Below are positions 47,801 through 61,150 of a stretch of DNA of 64,000 bases, one piece after another. The position numbers and the translations under genes were made by a program. The stretch's first letter is position 1. The number at the start of each line of letters is the position of its first letter. Origin of the DNA: the human T2T-CHM13v2.0 reference genome, Homo sapiens; NCBI RefSeq assembly GCF_009914755.1, contig NC_060927.1; one strand, given 5' to 3'. Under the pieces are notes generated by a model. That model did no database searches. It was not told the DNA's origin and saw nothing but the letters and a program-made list of their open reading frames with translations.

Positions 47801-50800
47801 TCGAATGTAAAGGACTGGAACGGAAAGGACTGGAATCAAATGGACTCACATGGAATGGAGTCAAATGGAATGCAATCAAATAGAATAGAACAAAATGGAA
47901 TGGAATGGAATCGAATGGAATGGAATATATTCGAATATAAAGGACTGGAATGGAATGTACTTGAATGAAATGGACTTGAATGAAAAGGATTTGTATGGAA
48001 TGCACTCAAATGGCATGGAATTAAACAAAATGGACTCGAATGGAATGCAGTCGATTAGAATGGAATCGAATGGGGTGGAATCTAATGGAATGGACTGCAA
48101 TGGAATGGACTCCAAAGAATGGACTCGAATGGAATAGACTCGAATGTAACGTAATGTAATGAAATCGTAAAAAATGGGATAGACTCGATTGTAATGGATT
48201 GTAATGCAATAGACTAGCATGGAATGGACTCCAACGGAATGGAACAAAATGGAATGGAAAGGATTGGAATGTACTCGAATTTAAATGACTAGAAAGGAAT
48301 GGACTTGAATGGAATTGACTCGAATGGAATACAGTCGAATGGAATGGAATGCAATGGAAAGGAAAGGAGTGGAATGGAATGGACAGTAATCGAATGGACT
48401 TGAAAGGAAGGGACTCGAATGGAATGTACTCGAATGGAATGCAATCGAATGGAATGGAATCGAATGGAATGGAATCAAAAGGAATGGACTGGAATGAAAT
48501 AGAATGGAATGGAATGGACTCGATTGGAATGGACTGGAATGGAATAGACTCAAAAGGAATGGACTCAAATGGAATGCAATCGACTGCAATGGAACTGAAT
48601 GGAGTGGAATCGAACGGAATGGTATTGAATGGAATGGACTCTAATGGAATGCAATAGAATCGAAAGGACACTAATGGAATGAACTGGAATGGACCGGTCT
48701 CGAATGGAATGGAAAGGAATGGAATGGACTGGAACGGAATCTAATGGAATGGACTCGAATAGAATGGACTCGAATTGAAAGGATTCGAATGGAATGGACG
48801 CGAATGGTCTGGAATTGAATCGAATCGAATGTAATGGTCTCTAATGGATTGGTCACGAATGGAATGGAATCAAATGGAACGGAATCAAATGAAATGGACT
48901 CGAATGAAATGTAATCGAATGGAATGGAATCAAATAGAATGGAATAGAATGGAATGGACTTAAATTTAATGGATTGGAATGGAACAGTCTGGAATGGAAT
49001 GGAATTGAATGGAATGGAATGGAGTATAACGGAATGAAATGGAATGGAATCGAATAGAATGGAAAGGAATGGAATGGAATGGAATCGAATGCAATGTAAG
49101 GGCATGGAATGGCACAGAACGGAACGGAATTGAAAGGAATAGAATCTAATGGAATGGAATGGAATTGATTCCAATGGAATGGACTGGAATGGAATAGAAT
49201 GGAAGGGAATTTATTCACATGGAATGGGCTGGAATGGAATTGAGTGGAATGGAATGGACTACAAGGGAAAGAACATGAATGGAATGGAATTCAATAGAAT
49301 GGAATCGAATGGAATGGAAGGGTATGGAATGAAATATAATGCAGTCGAATGGAATGGAATGGATTGGAAAGGAACGGAATGGAATGGAATAGAATCGAAT
49401 GGAATGGACTGTAACAGATTCGACTGGAAAGGAATGGAGTCCTATGGAACGGATTCAAATGGAATGGATTCGCATCGAATGGATACGAGTGGTCTGGAAT
49501 GGAATGGACTCGAATGCAATGGTCTCCAATAGAATAGACTCGAATGGAATGCAATTGAATGGAAAGGAATAAAATTTAATGGAATCGAATGGAATGGAAT
49601 CGAATGGAATGGAATCTAGTGGAATGGAATAGAATCGATACGACCCGAATGGAATGAACTGGAATAGAACGGTCTCCAATGGAATGGAATCAGGTGGAAT
49701 GGAATCGATTGGAATGGAAAGAAAATGAAAAGAATGGAAAGCAATAGAATGAAAAGGAATGGAATGAAATGGAGTCAATCGAATTGACTAGAATGGAATG
49801 GAATGTACATGAAAGTAATGAACTGGAATGGAATGGAGTTGATTCGAATTGTGTCTAACGGAATGGAATCGAAAGGAATGGAATCCAATGGAATGCAATC
49901 ACAAGGATTGGAAAGGAATGGAATGGACTCGAATGGAAGGGAATAAAATGGAATGGAAAGGAGTGGACTGGAATGGCATGGACTCGAAAGGAATGGACTG
50001 GAATGGAACCGTTCCGAATGAAATGGACCCGAATGGATTGGAACTGAAAGGTATGGTATTGAATGGAATGGAATCGAATGGAATGGAATGGACTGGAATG
50101 TAATAGAATGGCCTGGAATGAAATGGACTGAATGGAATAGACTAGAATGGAATGGAATCAAATGGAATGGGCTCGAAGGAATGTATTCGAATGGAATGGA
50201 ATCAAATGGAATGGAATAGAATGGAAGGGACTTGAATTGAATGGATTGTTACGGAACGGTATTGAATGGAAGGGAATGGAATGGATTGGAATGGAATGCA
50301 ATGGACTGGAATGGAATAGACTCAAAAGGAATGGAATCGAATTGAATGGAATTGAACGGAAGGGAATCATATGGAATGGAAGCGAATGGAATGGAACGGA
50401 ATGGAATGGAATTGAATGGAAAATAAGGGAATATAATGGAATGGACTCTAATGGAATGGACTCAAAGGGAAGAGAATAGAATGGAATAGAATGGAATGGA
50501 ATGGAATGGACACGAATGCAATTGATTGGAGTGGTGTGGAATGGAATGAAAGGGAATGGACCCTAATGGAATGGAACGCAATGAAATGGAATGGAAATCA
50601 ATGGAAAGGAATCGAATGGAAAGGAATGGAATATAATGGAATCAAATGGAATGGAAGGGAATGGAATGGATTCGAATGGAACGTAATGGCATGAAATGGA
50701 AGGGAATTGAATGGAATGTATTGGAATGGAGTGGAATGGAATGGCATGGAATGGAATCAAAAAAATGGAATTGATTATCATAAAATCTAATGGAATGGAA

Positions 50801-53800
50801 TAGAATATATTTGAATGGAATGGACTGGAATGGAATGGAATCAAAAAATTGGAATGGAGTGGAATGGAATGTAGTGTAATGGAATGGAATGGAATGGACT
50901 CGAAAGGAATCAAATGTAATGGACTAGAATTGCGTGGAATTGTATGGAATGGAATGGAGTAAAATGGAGTGGACTGGAATGGAATGGAATAAAATGGAAT
51001 GGAATCTAATGGAACGGAATCAATTGGAATGGCCTCGAATTGAATGGATCCGAAAGAATTGTCTCGAATGGAATGGGAAGACTCGAATGTAATGAAACGG
51101 AATGGAATTGAATGGAATTGTATGCAATCGACTCGAACATAATCGACTGAATTGGAATGGAGTCAAATGGAATAGAAGCGACTGCAATGGAATCAAATGG
51201 AATTTAATTGAACTGAAAGAAATTCAATGGAATGGAATGGAATGGAAAGGAATTGAATGGATTGGTATGGAGTAGAATGTAACGGACTCGAAAGGAATGT
51301 ACACGAATGGAATGGAATTGAATGGATTGGAATCGAGTGGAATGATATCAAATTGAATTGAATCAAATGGAATGGAATGGAATGGAATGGAATGTGACGG
51401 AATGGACTCAAATGGAATGGACTCAAAGGGAATGGAATAGAACAGAATGGAATGGAAAGGAATGGAAACGATTTGAATGGAATGGAATGGATTCAAATGG
51501 AACGGAATGGAATGAAATGGAATGGAAGTGAATGGAATGTCATGGCATGGAATGGAATGGAATGTACTCGAAAGGAATGGAATGAAACGGACTGCAATGG
51601 AATGGAAAGTAGTGGAATCGAATGTAATGGAATGGCACGAGATGGAATCACATGCAATGGAATCGAATATAATGTAATGTAAAGGAATGGAATGGAATGG
51701 AAACGAAAGGAATGGCATGGCACAGAAAGGAATGCAATGGATTCGAATTGAAGCAAAAGGAATGAAATGGAATGGAACTGAAAGGAATGGAATGGAATGG
51801 AATGGAATGGAATGGCCTTGAATGCAATGGAAAGGAATGGAAAAGAATGTACTAGAATGGAATGGAACGGAATGGAATGGAACGGAATGTAATGGAATGG
51901 AATAGAATTGTATGGAATGCAATTGCATGGAATGGAATTGAACACAATGGAATGGAGTGGAATGGAATGGAATGCACTTGCATGCAATGGAATCAAAAGG
52001 AATGGTATCGAATGGAATGGAATCGAATTCAATAAATTGGAATGGAATGGCCTCGAAAGGAATGGAATTGAAAGGAATGGAACGAAATGCAATCAAATGG
52101 AATCAAATGGAATTAAATGGACTGGAATGGAATAGACTGGAAAGTAATGGACTGGAATGGAATGGAATCGAATGGAATTGAAAGTAATGGAACGAAATGC
52201 AATCAAATGGAATCAAATGGAATTAAATGGACTGGAATGGAATAGACTGGAAAGTAATGGACTGGAATGGAATGGAATCGAATGGAATGGAAACAAAAGG
52301 AATGGAATCAAATGGAATGGAATCCAATGGAATGGACTCTAATGGAATGGATTGGAATGGAACGGTCTTGAAAGGAATGGAATTGAATGGAATGAAATGG
52401 AATAGTATTAAAGGCAATGGAATGAAATGGAATCGAATGGAAAGGAAAGGAATGGAGTGGGATGGAATGGAAACGAATTGAATGGAATGGAATGACAAGG
52501 AATGGAATCGAATGAAATAGAATCTAATGGAATGGAATGGAATTGATTCAAATGGAATGTACTCGAATGGAATGGACTCAAATGGAGTGGAGTGTAATGG
52601 AATGGAAAGGACTCAAATATTATGGGCTGGAATGCAATGGACTCGAATGGAACGGACTCGAATGGAATAAAATGGATTGGAATGGAATGGAAAGGAATGG
52701 ACTTGAATGTAATGGGCTGGAATGCAGTTGATTGTAATGGAATGTATTTGAATGGAATGGCTTTCAATGTAATGTAATATAACCGAATGGAATGAAATGG
52801 AATGGAATGGGAAGGAATAGAATGGATTGGAAAGGACTCGAATGTAGTGGGCTCCATTGGAATGGAATCCAAAGGAATGAAATAGAATGGAATGGAATCC
52901 AATGGAATGGAATAGAATGGATTGGAATCCAATGGAATGGAATCAAATGGAATGGAGTGGAATGCGATGGACTCGAATGAAATGGACTGGAATGTAATTG
53001 TCTCTAATGGAAAGCAATGGAATGGAATGGAATCAAATCGAATGGAATGTAATCGATTGGAATAGAATGGAAGTGAATGGAATGGACTCCCATGGAATGT
53101 ACTCGAACAGAAAGCAATCAAATGGAATCGAATCAAATAAAATGCAATGGAATGGAATGGAATGAAATGGAACGGAAAGGAACTGATTGAAAACAAACTG
53201 AATGGAATAGAATGGAATCCAAAGGATTCGAATGGAATGGAATGGAATGAAATGGAATTGAATGGAATGGAAAGGAATGGAATCGATTCGAATGGAATGG
53301 AATGGCATGGAATGGAATCGAATAAAATGGAATGAAATTGAATGGAATGGGATGGAATGAAGTGGACTGGAAAGGTTTCGAAAAGAATGGACTGGAATTG
53401 AGTGGAACTGTATGGAATGGAACGGACTCGAATGGAATGGAATCGAATGAAATGGAGTCGAATTGAATGTGTCCAACTCGAACGCTGTCCAGTGTAATGT
53501 AATGGGATGGAAGGGAATGGAATTTAATGCAATGGAAAGACTAGAATGGAATAAAATGGAATGGAATGGAATGGAATAGAATGTAATGGACTGCAATGGA
53601 ATGGACTCGAATGGAATGCACTAGAGTACAAAGGAATTGAATGCAATTTAATCGAATGGAATGAAATCCAATGGAATGGAATGGAATGCAATGCATTGAA
53701 ACAGACTGGAATGTAATGTACTCGAATGGAATTCACACGAATGGAATGAAATTGAATGCAATCGATGCGAATGGAATGGAATCAAATCGAATGGAATGGA

Positions 53801-56800
53801 ATGGAATGGAATGGAATAGATTATAATGGAAAAGAATAGAATGGAATGGAATGGAGTTGAATGGACTCGAATCGAATGGACTCAAAGGGAATGGAATGGA
53901 ACATAATACAATGGAAAGGAATGGAATTGACTCGAATGGAATAGAATGAAGTGGAATGGAATGGAATTGATCGCAATGGATTCCAATGGAATGGAAAGGA
54001 AAGAAATGGAATGGAATTGAATGGAATGCCCGGAAATCAATTGGAATGGAATGGCATGTAATGGAATCTAATGGAATCGAATTAAATGGAAAAGAATCGA
54101 ATGAAATGGAAAGGAATTGAATAGAATGGATTTGAATGGAATGGAATGGAATTTAATATAATGGAATGGACTGGAAATGAATGGAAGCGAATGGAATGGA
54201 ATCGAATGGAATGGACTCGAATGGAATGGAATGGAATGGAATCGTCTCAAGTGGAATGGAATGGAATAGAATGGAATGGAATCGAATGAAACTGAATGGA
54301 ATTTAACGGAATTGAATGGAATGGAATGGAATCGAATAGAAGGGAACCAAATGGAATGGTGTGTAATTGAATGAAGTAGAATGGAATGGACTCCAATGGA
54401 ATGAACTCGAATGGAATGGAATGAAATGGAATGGAATGTTATAGAACGGAATCGAATGGAGTCAAATGGAATGGAATGGACTGGAATGGAATGGAATGGA
54501 ATAGAATCAAATGGAATGGAATCACATGGAATGGACTGGAACGCAATGAACGGGAATGGAATTAACTCAAATGGAATAAACTCGAATGGAATGGATTGCA
54601 ATGGAATGGAATCTGATGGAATGGAATAGAATGGAATGGACATGAATGGACTGAACTGGAATGGAACGGTCTCGAATGGAATGGAATCGAATGGAATGAT
54701 ATCAAATGGAATTGAATGGAACGGAAAAGATTGGAGTGGTATGGAATGAAATTGACACAACTGAATTGACTGGAATGGAATGGAATGTACTCGAATGAAA
54801 TGGACTGAATGGAATGGCCTCGAAAGGAATGGAGTCGAATGGAAAGGAATCGAAAGGAATGGAATCCAATGGAATGGAATTACAAGGAATGGAAATGAAT
54901 GGAATGGAATCAAATGGATGGGAATTGAATGGAATGGAAAGGGCTGGACTGGAATGGAATGGACTCGAAAGGAATAGACTGGAATGGAACCCTCTGGAAT
55001 AAAGTGGAGACGAATGGATTGGAATTCAAAGGAATGGATTCGAATGGAATGGAATTGAATGGAATGGAACGGAATTGAAGGGAATAGAATGGACTTGAAT
55101 GTAATTGACTGAATGGAACGGACTCAACAGGAATGGAATCGAATGGAATGGAATCAAAAGGAATGGACTCGAAAGGAAGGTAATCAAATGGAATGGAATC
55201 AAATGGAATACAATCAAATGGAAAGAACTACGATTGAATGGATCGGAAAGGAATGGTATTGAATGGAATGGAAGTGAATGGAATGGAATGGAGTGGAATG
55301 GAAGGTAATGGAATAGAATCGAATGGAATGGAAAAGAATGGAATGGAATGGAATGGAATGGAATGGACTGCAATGGAATGGAATGTACTCGAATCTAGTG
55401 AACTGGAATGGAATGGATTAGAATGGAATGGAGTCGAACGGAACGGAATCAAATGGAATGGATTCTAATGGATTTGAATCCAAAGAAACAAAAAAAAATC
55501 GAAAGCACTCTAATGAAAGGAAATTGAATGGAATGGAATATATTGGACTTGAGTGGAATGGACTCGAAAGGAATGGACTTGACTGGAATCATCTTGATTA
55601 AAGTGGACCCAAATGGATTGGAATAGACAGGAATGGAATTGAAAGAAATAGAATCAAATGGAGTTGACTCGAATGGAATGTAATCAAATGATAAGGAATC
55701 AGCTGGAATGGAATAGAATGGAATGGACTTCAATTGAATGGATTTGAAGGTAATTGTCTCGAATGGAATTGAATGGAATGGATAGGAGTGGAATAAAATG
55801 GAATGGAATGGAATGGAATGAAATGGAATGGAAAGGAATGGAATGGAATGGAATCGAATCGAAAGGAATGGCCTGGAATGTAATTGCATGGAATGAAATC
55901 GAACTGAATAGAATCTAATGAAACGGAATGCAATTGATTCGAATGGATTGGACTGGAAAGGAATGGAATCGAACAAAATGAGATGGAATGGAATGGTATG
56001 GAATGGAATGGATTCGAATGGAAAGGAATGAAATGGAATGGAATAGAATGGAATGCAATGGACTGGAAAGGATTCAAATGGAAAGGACTGGAATTCAGTG
56101 GAATCGTATGGAATGGAATAGAATGCAATGGAATGGAATGGAATGGACTCGAATGGAATGCAGTCGAATAGAATGGAATCTAATGGAATGGAATCGAATG
56201 GAATGGACTCTAATTGAATGGATCAGAATGGAACTGTCTCGAATGCAAAGGAAAGGAATGAAAAAGACTCGAATGGAAAGAAATGGAATGGAAAGGAAAG
56301 GAATGGAATGGAATAGAAATTTACTGATTCGAATGGAATGGACGGGAATGGAATGGAATCACATGGAATGGAATGGAATGGAATGGAAGGGAATGGACTC
56401 AAATGTAATGGACTTGAATGGAAAGGACTCGAATGGAATGGAGCGAAATGAAATGGAATGGAATGGAATGGACTCGAATGTAATGGACTGGAATGGCATG
56501 GACTCGAAGGGTATTGACTTGAATGGAATGCAATGGAATAGTATGGAATGGAATGGAATCAAACGTAATGGACTGGAATGGAATGTACCCGAATGGAATG
56601 GACTCGAATGGAATGGATTCCACTGGAATGGAGTCGAATGGAATGCAATTGAAAGGAAAGGAATCGAATGGAATGGAATCAAAAGGAATGCAATCATGCA
56701 CTAGAATGAATTGGACTTCTTTGGATTGGACTCGAATGGATAACAATTGAATGGAATGGAATTGAAAGGAATGGAATCAAATGGAATGGAATCGAATCGA

Positions 56801-57235
56801 ATGCATTGGAATGGAAGGGACTCAAATGGAATGGACTGGAATGGAATGGTCTTGAATGGAATGGAATCGAATGGAATGCATTACAATCGAAGGGACTCAA
56901 ATAGAATGGACAGGAATGGAATGGTCTTGAATGGAATGGACTCTAATGGAATGGAATGGAAAGAATGGCATGGAATAGAATGGAATGGAATGGAATCGAA
57001 TGTAATGGACTGGAATGGAATGGAAAGAATGGAATGGAATAGAATGGAATGGAATGGAATGGAAAGTAATGGACTGGAATGGAATGGACTCGAATGAAAT
57101 TGACTCGAATGGAATGGACTCCATTGGAATGGACTCCAATGGAATGCAATCGAATGGAATGCCAGCGAATGGAAGGGACTGGAATGGAATGGACTTGAAT
57201 GGATTTGAATGGAATGGAATGGAATGGAATACAAT
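41851..57235 (+). repeat. HSat3 (GGAAT)n, GGACTCGAAT/GGAATCGAAT-rich layer
   Basis: Diverged GGAAT pentamers with frequent CGAAT, GGACT and CAAAT variants, no Alu cassette, and a short GGAGT-rich island at ~46740-47000. Boundaries are approximate. Confidence 0.92.
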
Positions 57236-60200
57236 GGAATGGAGTAGAGGGGAATGGAATGGAATGTATTGCAGTGGAATGGAGTGCAGTGCAGAGGAAT
57301 GGAATGGGATGGAGTGGAATGAAATGGAATGGAAAGGAATGGAAGGAAATGGAGTGGAACGGAATGGAGTGGAATGGATTGCAGTGCAGAGGAATGGAAT
57401 GGGATGGAGTGGAATGAAATGGAATGGAAAGGAATGGAAGGAAATGGAGTGGAATGGAATGGAGTGGAATGGAATTGAGTGGAATGCAATGGAATGGAAT
57501 GGAATGGAGTGGAATGGAGTGTTGTGGGGTTGAGTGGAAATTAAAGGAATGGATTAGAATGGATTGGAGAGGAATTGGGTGGAATTGAGTGTAGTGGAAT
57601 GGAATGGATTGAAGTGGAATGGAGTGGAGAAGCATGGAGTGGAATGAAGTAGAATGGAGTGGAATGGAGTGGATTGCAGTGGAGTGAAATGCAGTAGAAT
57701 GGAGTGGAATGTAGTGTAATGGTGTGGAATGGAGTGGAAAGTAGTGGAATGGAATGGAGTGGAGTGGACTGGAGAAGAGCAGACTGCAGTGGAGTGGAAT
57801 GGAGTGGAATGGAATGCAGTGGAGTGGAACGGAATGGACTGGAATTGTATGGAGTAGAATGGAGTCCAGTGGAGTGGAATGGAATGGAGTGGATTGGAGT
57901 TTCGTAGAAGGAAGTGTAATGTGCTGGAGTGGAATGGAATGAAATGGAGTGGAGGGCAGTGGAGTGGAGTGAATTGGAATGGAAAGTAATGGATTGGATT
58001 TCAGTCTAATGGAATGGAGTGGAATGGAATGAAGTGGAATCGAATTGAATGGAATGGAATGGATTGGATATGAGTGGAATGGAATGGAGTGGAATGGAAA
58101 GGAGTGGAATGGTTTTGAGAGGAATCGAATGGAATGGAATGGAATGGAATGGAATGGAGTGTAGAGTAGTGCATTGGAGTGGGATGGAAATGAATGGATT
58201 GGAATGTCATGGAATGGAATGGAAAGGAATGGAGTGGAGTGGAGAGCAGAGGAGCGGAATCCAAAGGAATAGAATGGAATAGAGAGGAATGGAATGGAGT
58301 GGATTGGAGCGCAGTGGAATGGAATGGAATGGAGTGGAGTGGAATGGAATGGAGTGGAGTGGAATGGAATGGAACGAAATGGAGGGCACTGGTTTTGAAT
58401 GGAATGGAATGGTGTGGAATGGAAAGCAATGGAATGGAATGGAACGGAAAGGAGAGGAGGGTAGCATAGTGGAGTGGAATGAAATGGAATACAATGGAAT
58501 GGAAAGGAAAGGAATGGAATGCTATGGAATGGAGTGGACTGGAATGGAATGGAGTGGAGGGGAGTGGAATGGTTTGGAATGGATAGGAATGGAATGGAAG
58601 TGAATGGAATGGAATGGAAGGGAATAGAATGCAATGGAATGGAGTGCAGTGGAATGGAATGGAGAGGAGTGGAAAAGAATGGAATTGAATGGAGAAGAGT
58701 TGAATGGAATAGATTGGAGTGGAATATAAAAGAATGGAATGGAATGGAATGGAATGCAATGGACTTGAATGGAGTGCAGTGGAGTGGAGTGGATTAGTGT
58801 AGAATGGAATTGAATGGAACGGAATGGAATACAATAGAATGGATTAGAATGGAATGGAATGGAATGCAATGGAGTGGAATGGAGAGGAGTGGAGTGGAAT
58901 GAAATGGAATTAAGAGGAGTGGAATGAAATGGACTGGAATGGAATATATTGGAATGGAGTGGAGTGGACTGGAATGGAATAGAGTAGAATGAAGCAAAGT
59001 GGAATGGAGTGGAGTGGAATGGCATGACATGGAATGGAATGGAATGGAGTGGAGTGGAGTGGAATGGAATGGAATGGAGTGCAGTGCAGGGGAGAGGAGT
59101 CGAGTGGAATACAGTGGAATGGAGTGGAATGGAATGGATTGCAGTTTAATGGAATGGAGCGGAATGGATTGGAGTGGAATGGAATGGATTGGAATGGAGT
59201 GTAATAGAATGGTGTGGAGTGGAGTGGAATGGAATAGACTGGATTATTGTGGAGGGTAATGGAATGAAATTAAGTGGAGTGGAATGGAATGGAGTGGATT
59301 GCAATGGAGTGGAATGGAATGGAGTGGAAAAGAATGGAGTGAAATAAAGTGGAATCGAGTGGAGAAGACTGGAATTGATTTGAAAGGAATGGAGTGGAAT
59401 GCAGTGAAGTGGAATGGTATGTATTGGAATGGAGTGGAGTGGAATTGAGTGGAATGGACTGGAGTGGAATGGAAGTTAACGGAATGGAATAGAATGGAAT
59501 GGAATGGAGTTGAGTGGAATGGAACGGAGTGGAGTGGAATGGAATGGAATGGAGTGGATTGGAATGGAGTGGAATGGAATGGTGAGGAATAGAATGGAGT
59601 GCAGTGCATTGGAATGGAATAGAGTGGAATGGAGTGGTGTGGAATGGTATGGAATGCAGTAGAGTTTAACAGAATGTAGTGGAAGGACAGGGAATGGAGT
59701 GGAGTGTAATGGAATGGAATGCCGTGGAAAAGAATAGAATGGAGTTGAGTGGAATGGAATGAAGTGGAGTGGAATGGAGTGGCGTGGATTGCAATGCAAT
59801 GGAGGCGAATGGAATGGTGTGTGAAATGTAATGGAGTGGATTGCTTGGAATGTAATGTAGTGGAATGGAGTTGAGTGGAATGGAATGGGATGGAGAGGAA
59901 TGGAATGGAATGGAATGGAATGGAATGGAATGGAATGAAGTGGAATGGAGTAGAATAGAATGGAATGGGCTGGAGTGCTGTGGAATGGAATGGAGTGGAG
60001 TGGAGTGGTACGTAAATGAATGGAATAAAATGGAATGGAATGGAATGGAATGTAGTGGAGTGGAGTGAAGTGGAGTGGAATTGAATGGAATGGGATGGAG
60101 TGGAATTGAATGGAGTGAATGGAATGTAGTGGAATGGAATGGAGTGGAGTGGATTGGAATGAAATAGAGTGCAATGGAGTGGTGTGGAATGGGTTGGAAT

Positions 60201-60430
60201 GGAGTGGAATTTAAGGTAATGCAGTGGATTGGCATGAAATGGAGTGGAGTGGAAGGGAATGGAATGCTGTAGAATGGAATGGAATGGAGTTGAGTGGAAT
60301 GGAAAGAAGTGGAGTGGAAAGGAATGGCGTGGAGTCGAATGGAATGGAGTGGAATTGAATGGTGTGTGAAATGGAAAGCAGGATATTGAAGAGGAATGTA
60401 ACGGAGTGGAATGGAGCTGTGAGTGGAATG
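57236..60430 (+). repeat. HSat3, GGAGT-rich CpG-poor layer
   Basis: Switch to GGAGT/GCAGT/GGATT pentamers with few TCGA and no Alu cassette. Boundaries are approximate. Confidence 0.85.
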
Positions 60431-61150
60431 CAATCGAAAGGAATGGAATTGAATGGAATGGAATCGAGTAAAGTGGAATGAAATGTAAGCAAAAGGAATG
60501 GACTAGAATGGAATGGTCTCGAATGGAATGGAATCGAATTGAATGGACTTGAAAGAACGGATTCGAATGGAATTAAATCGAATGGAATCGAATGCTCTGG
60601 AATGGAATAGAATGGACTCGAATTTAATGGAATGAAATGGAATTCACTCAAATGTAATGGAATCGAAAGTAAGGATATCTAGTGGAATAGATTCTAATGG
60701 AATGGAATCGAATTGAATGGACACGAATGGCATGAACTTGAATGGACATTTCTCGAATGGAATGGAATGGAATGGTGTGGAATGGAATGGACTCGAATGG
60801 AATGGTCTCCAATGGAATGGACTCGAATGGAACGCAATCGAAAGGAATGGAATCGAATGGAATTGAATCGAATAAAGGGGAATAGAATGGACACGAAAGG
60901 ATTATACTAGAATGGAACCATCTATAATGGAATGAAATTGAATAGAATGGAATTGAATGGATTGGATTCGAATAAAATGAAAAGGAATCGAATCGAATGG
61001 ACTGTAATGGAAAAGAATCGACTCGAATGTAATGGACTAGAATGAAATGCCTTCAAATGGAATAGAAACTAATGGAATGGAAGCTAAAGGAATGGAATTG
61101 AATCAAATGGAAACGAAAGGAACGAATTGGAATGGAAAGGTCTCCAATGG
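60431..61150 (+). repeat. HSat3, short TCGAAT-rich layer
   Basis: GGACTCGAAT, GGAATCGAAT and GGTCTC variants return. Boundaries are approximate. Confidence 0.8.
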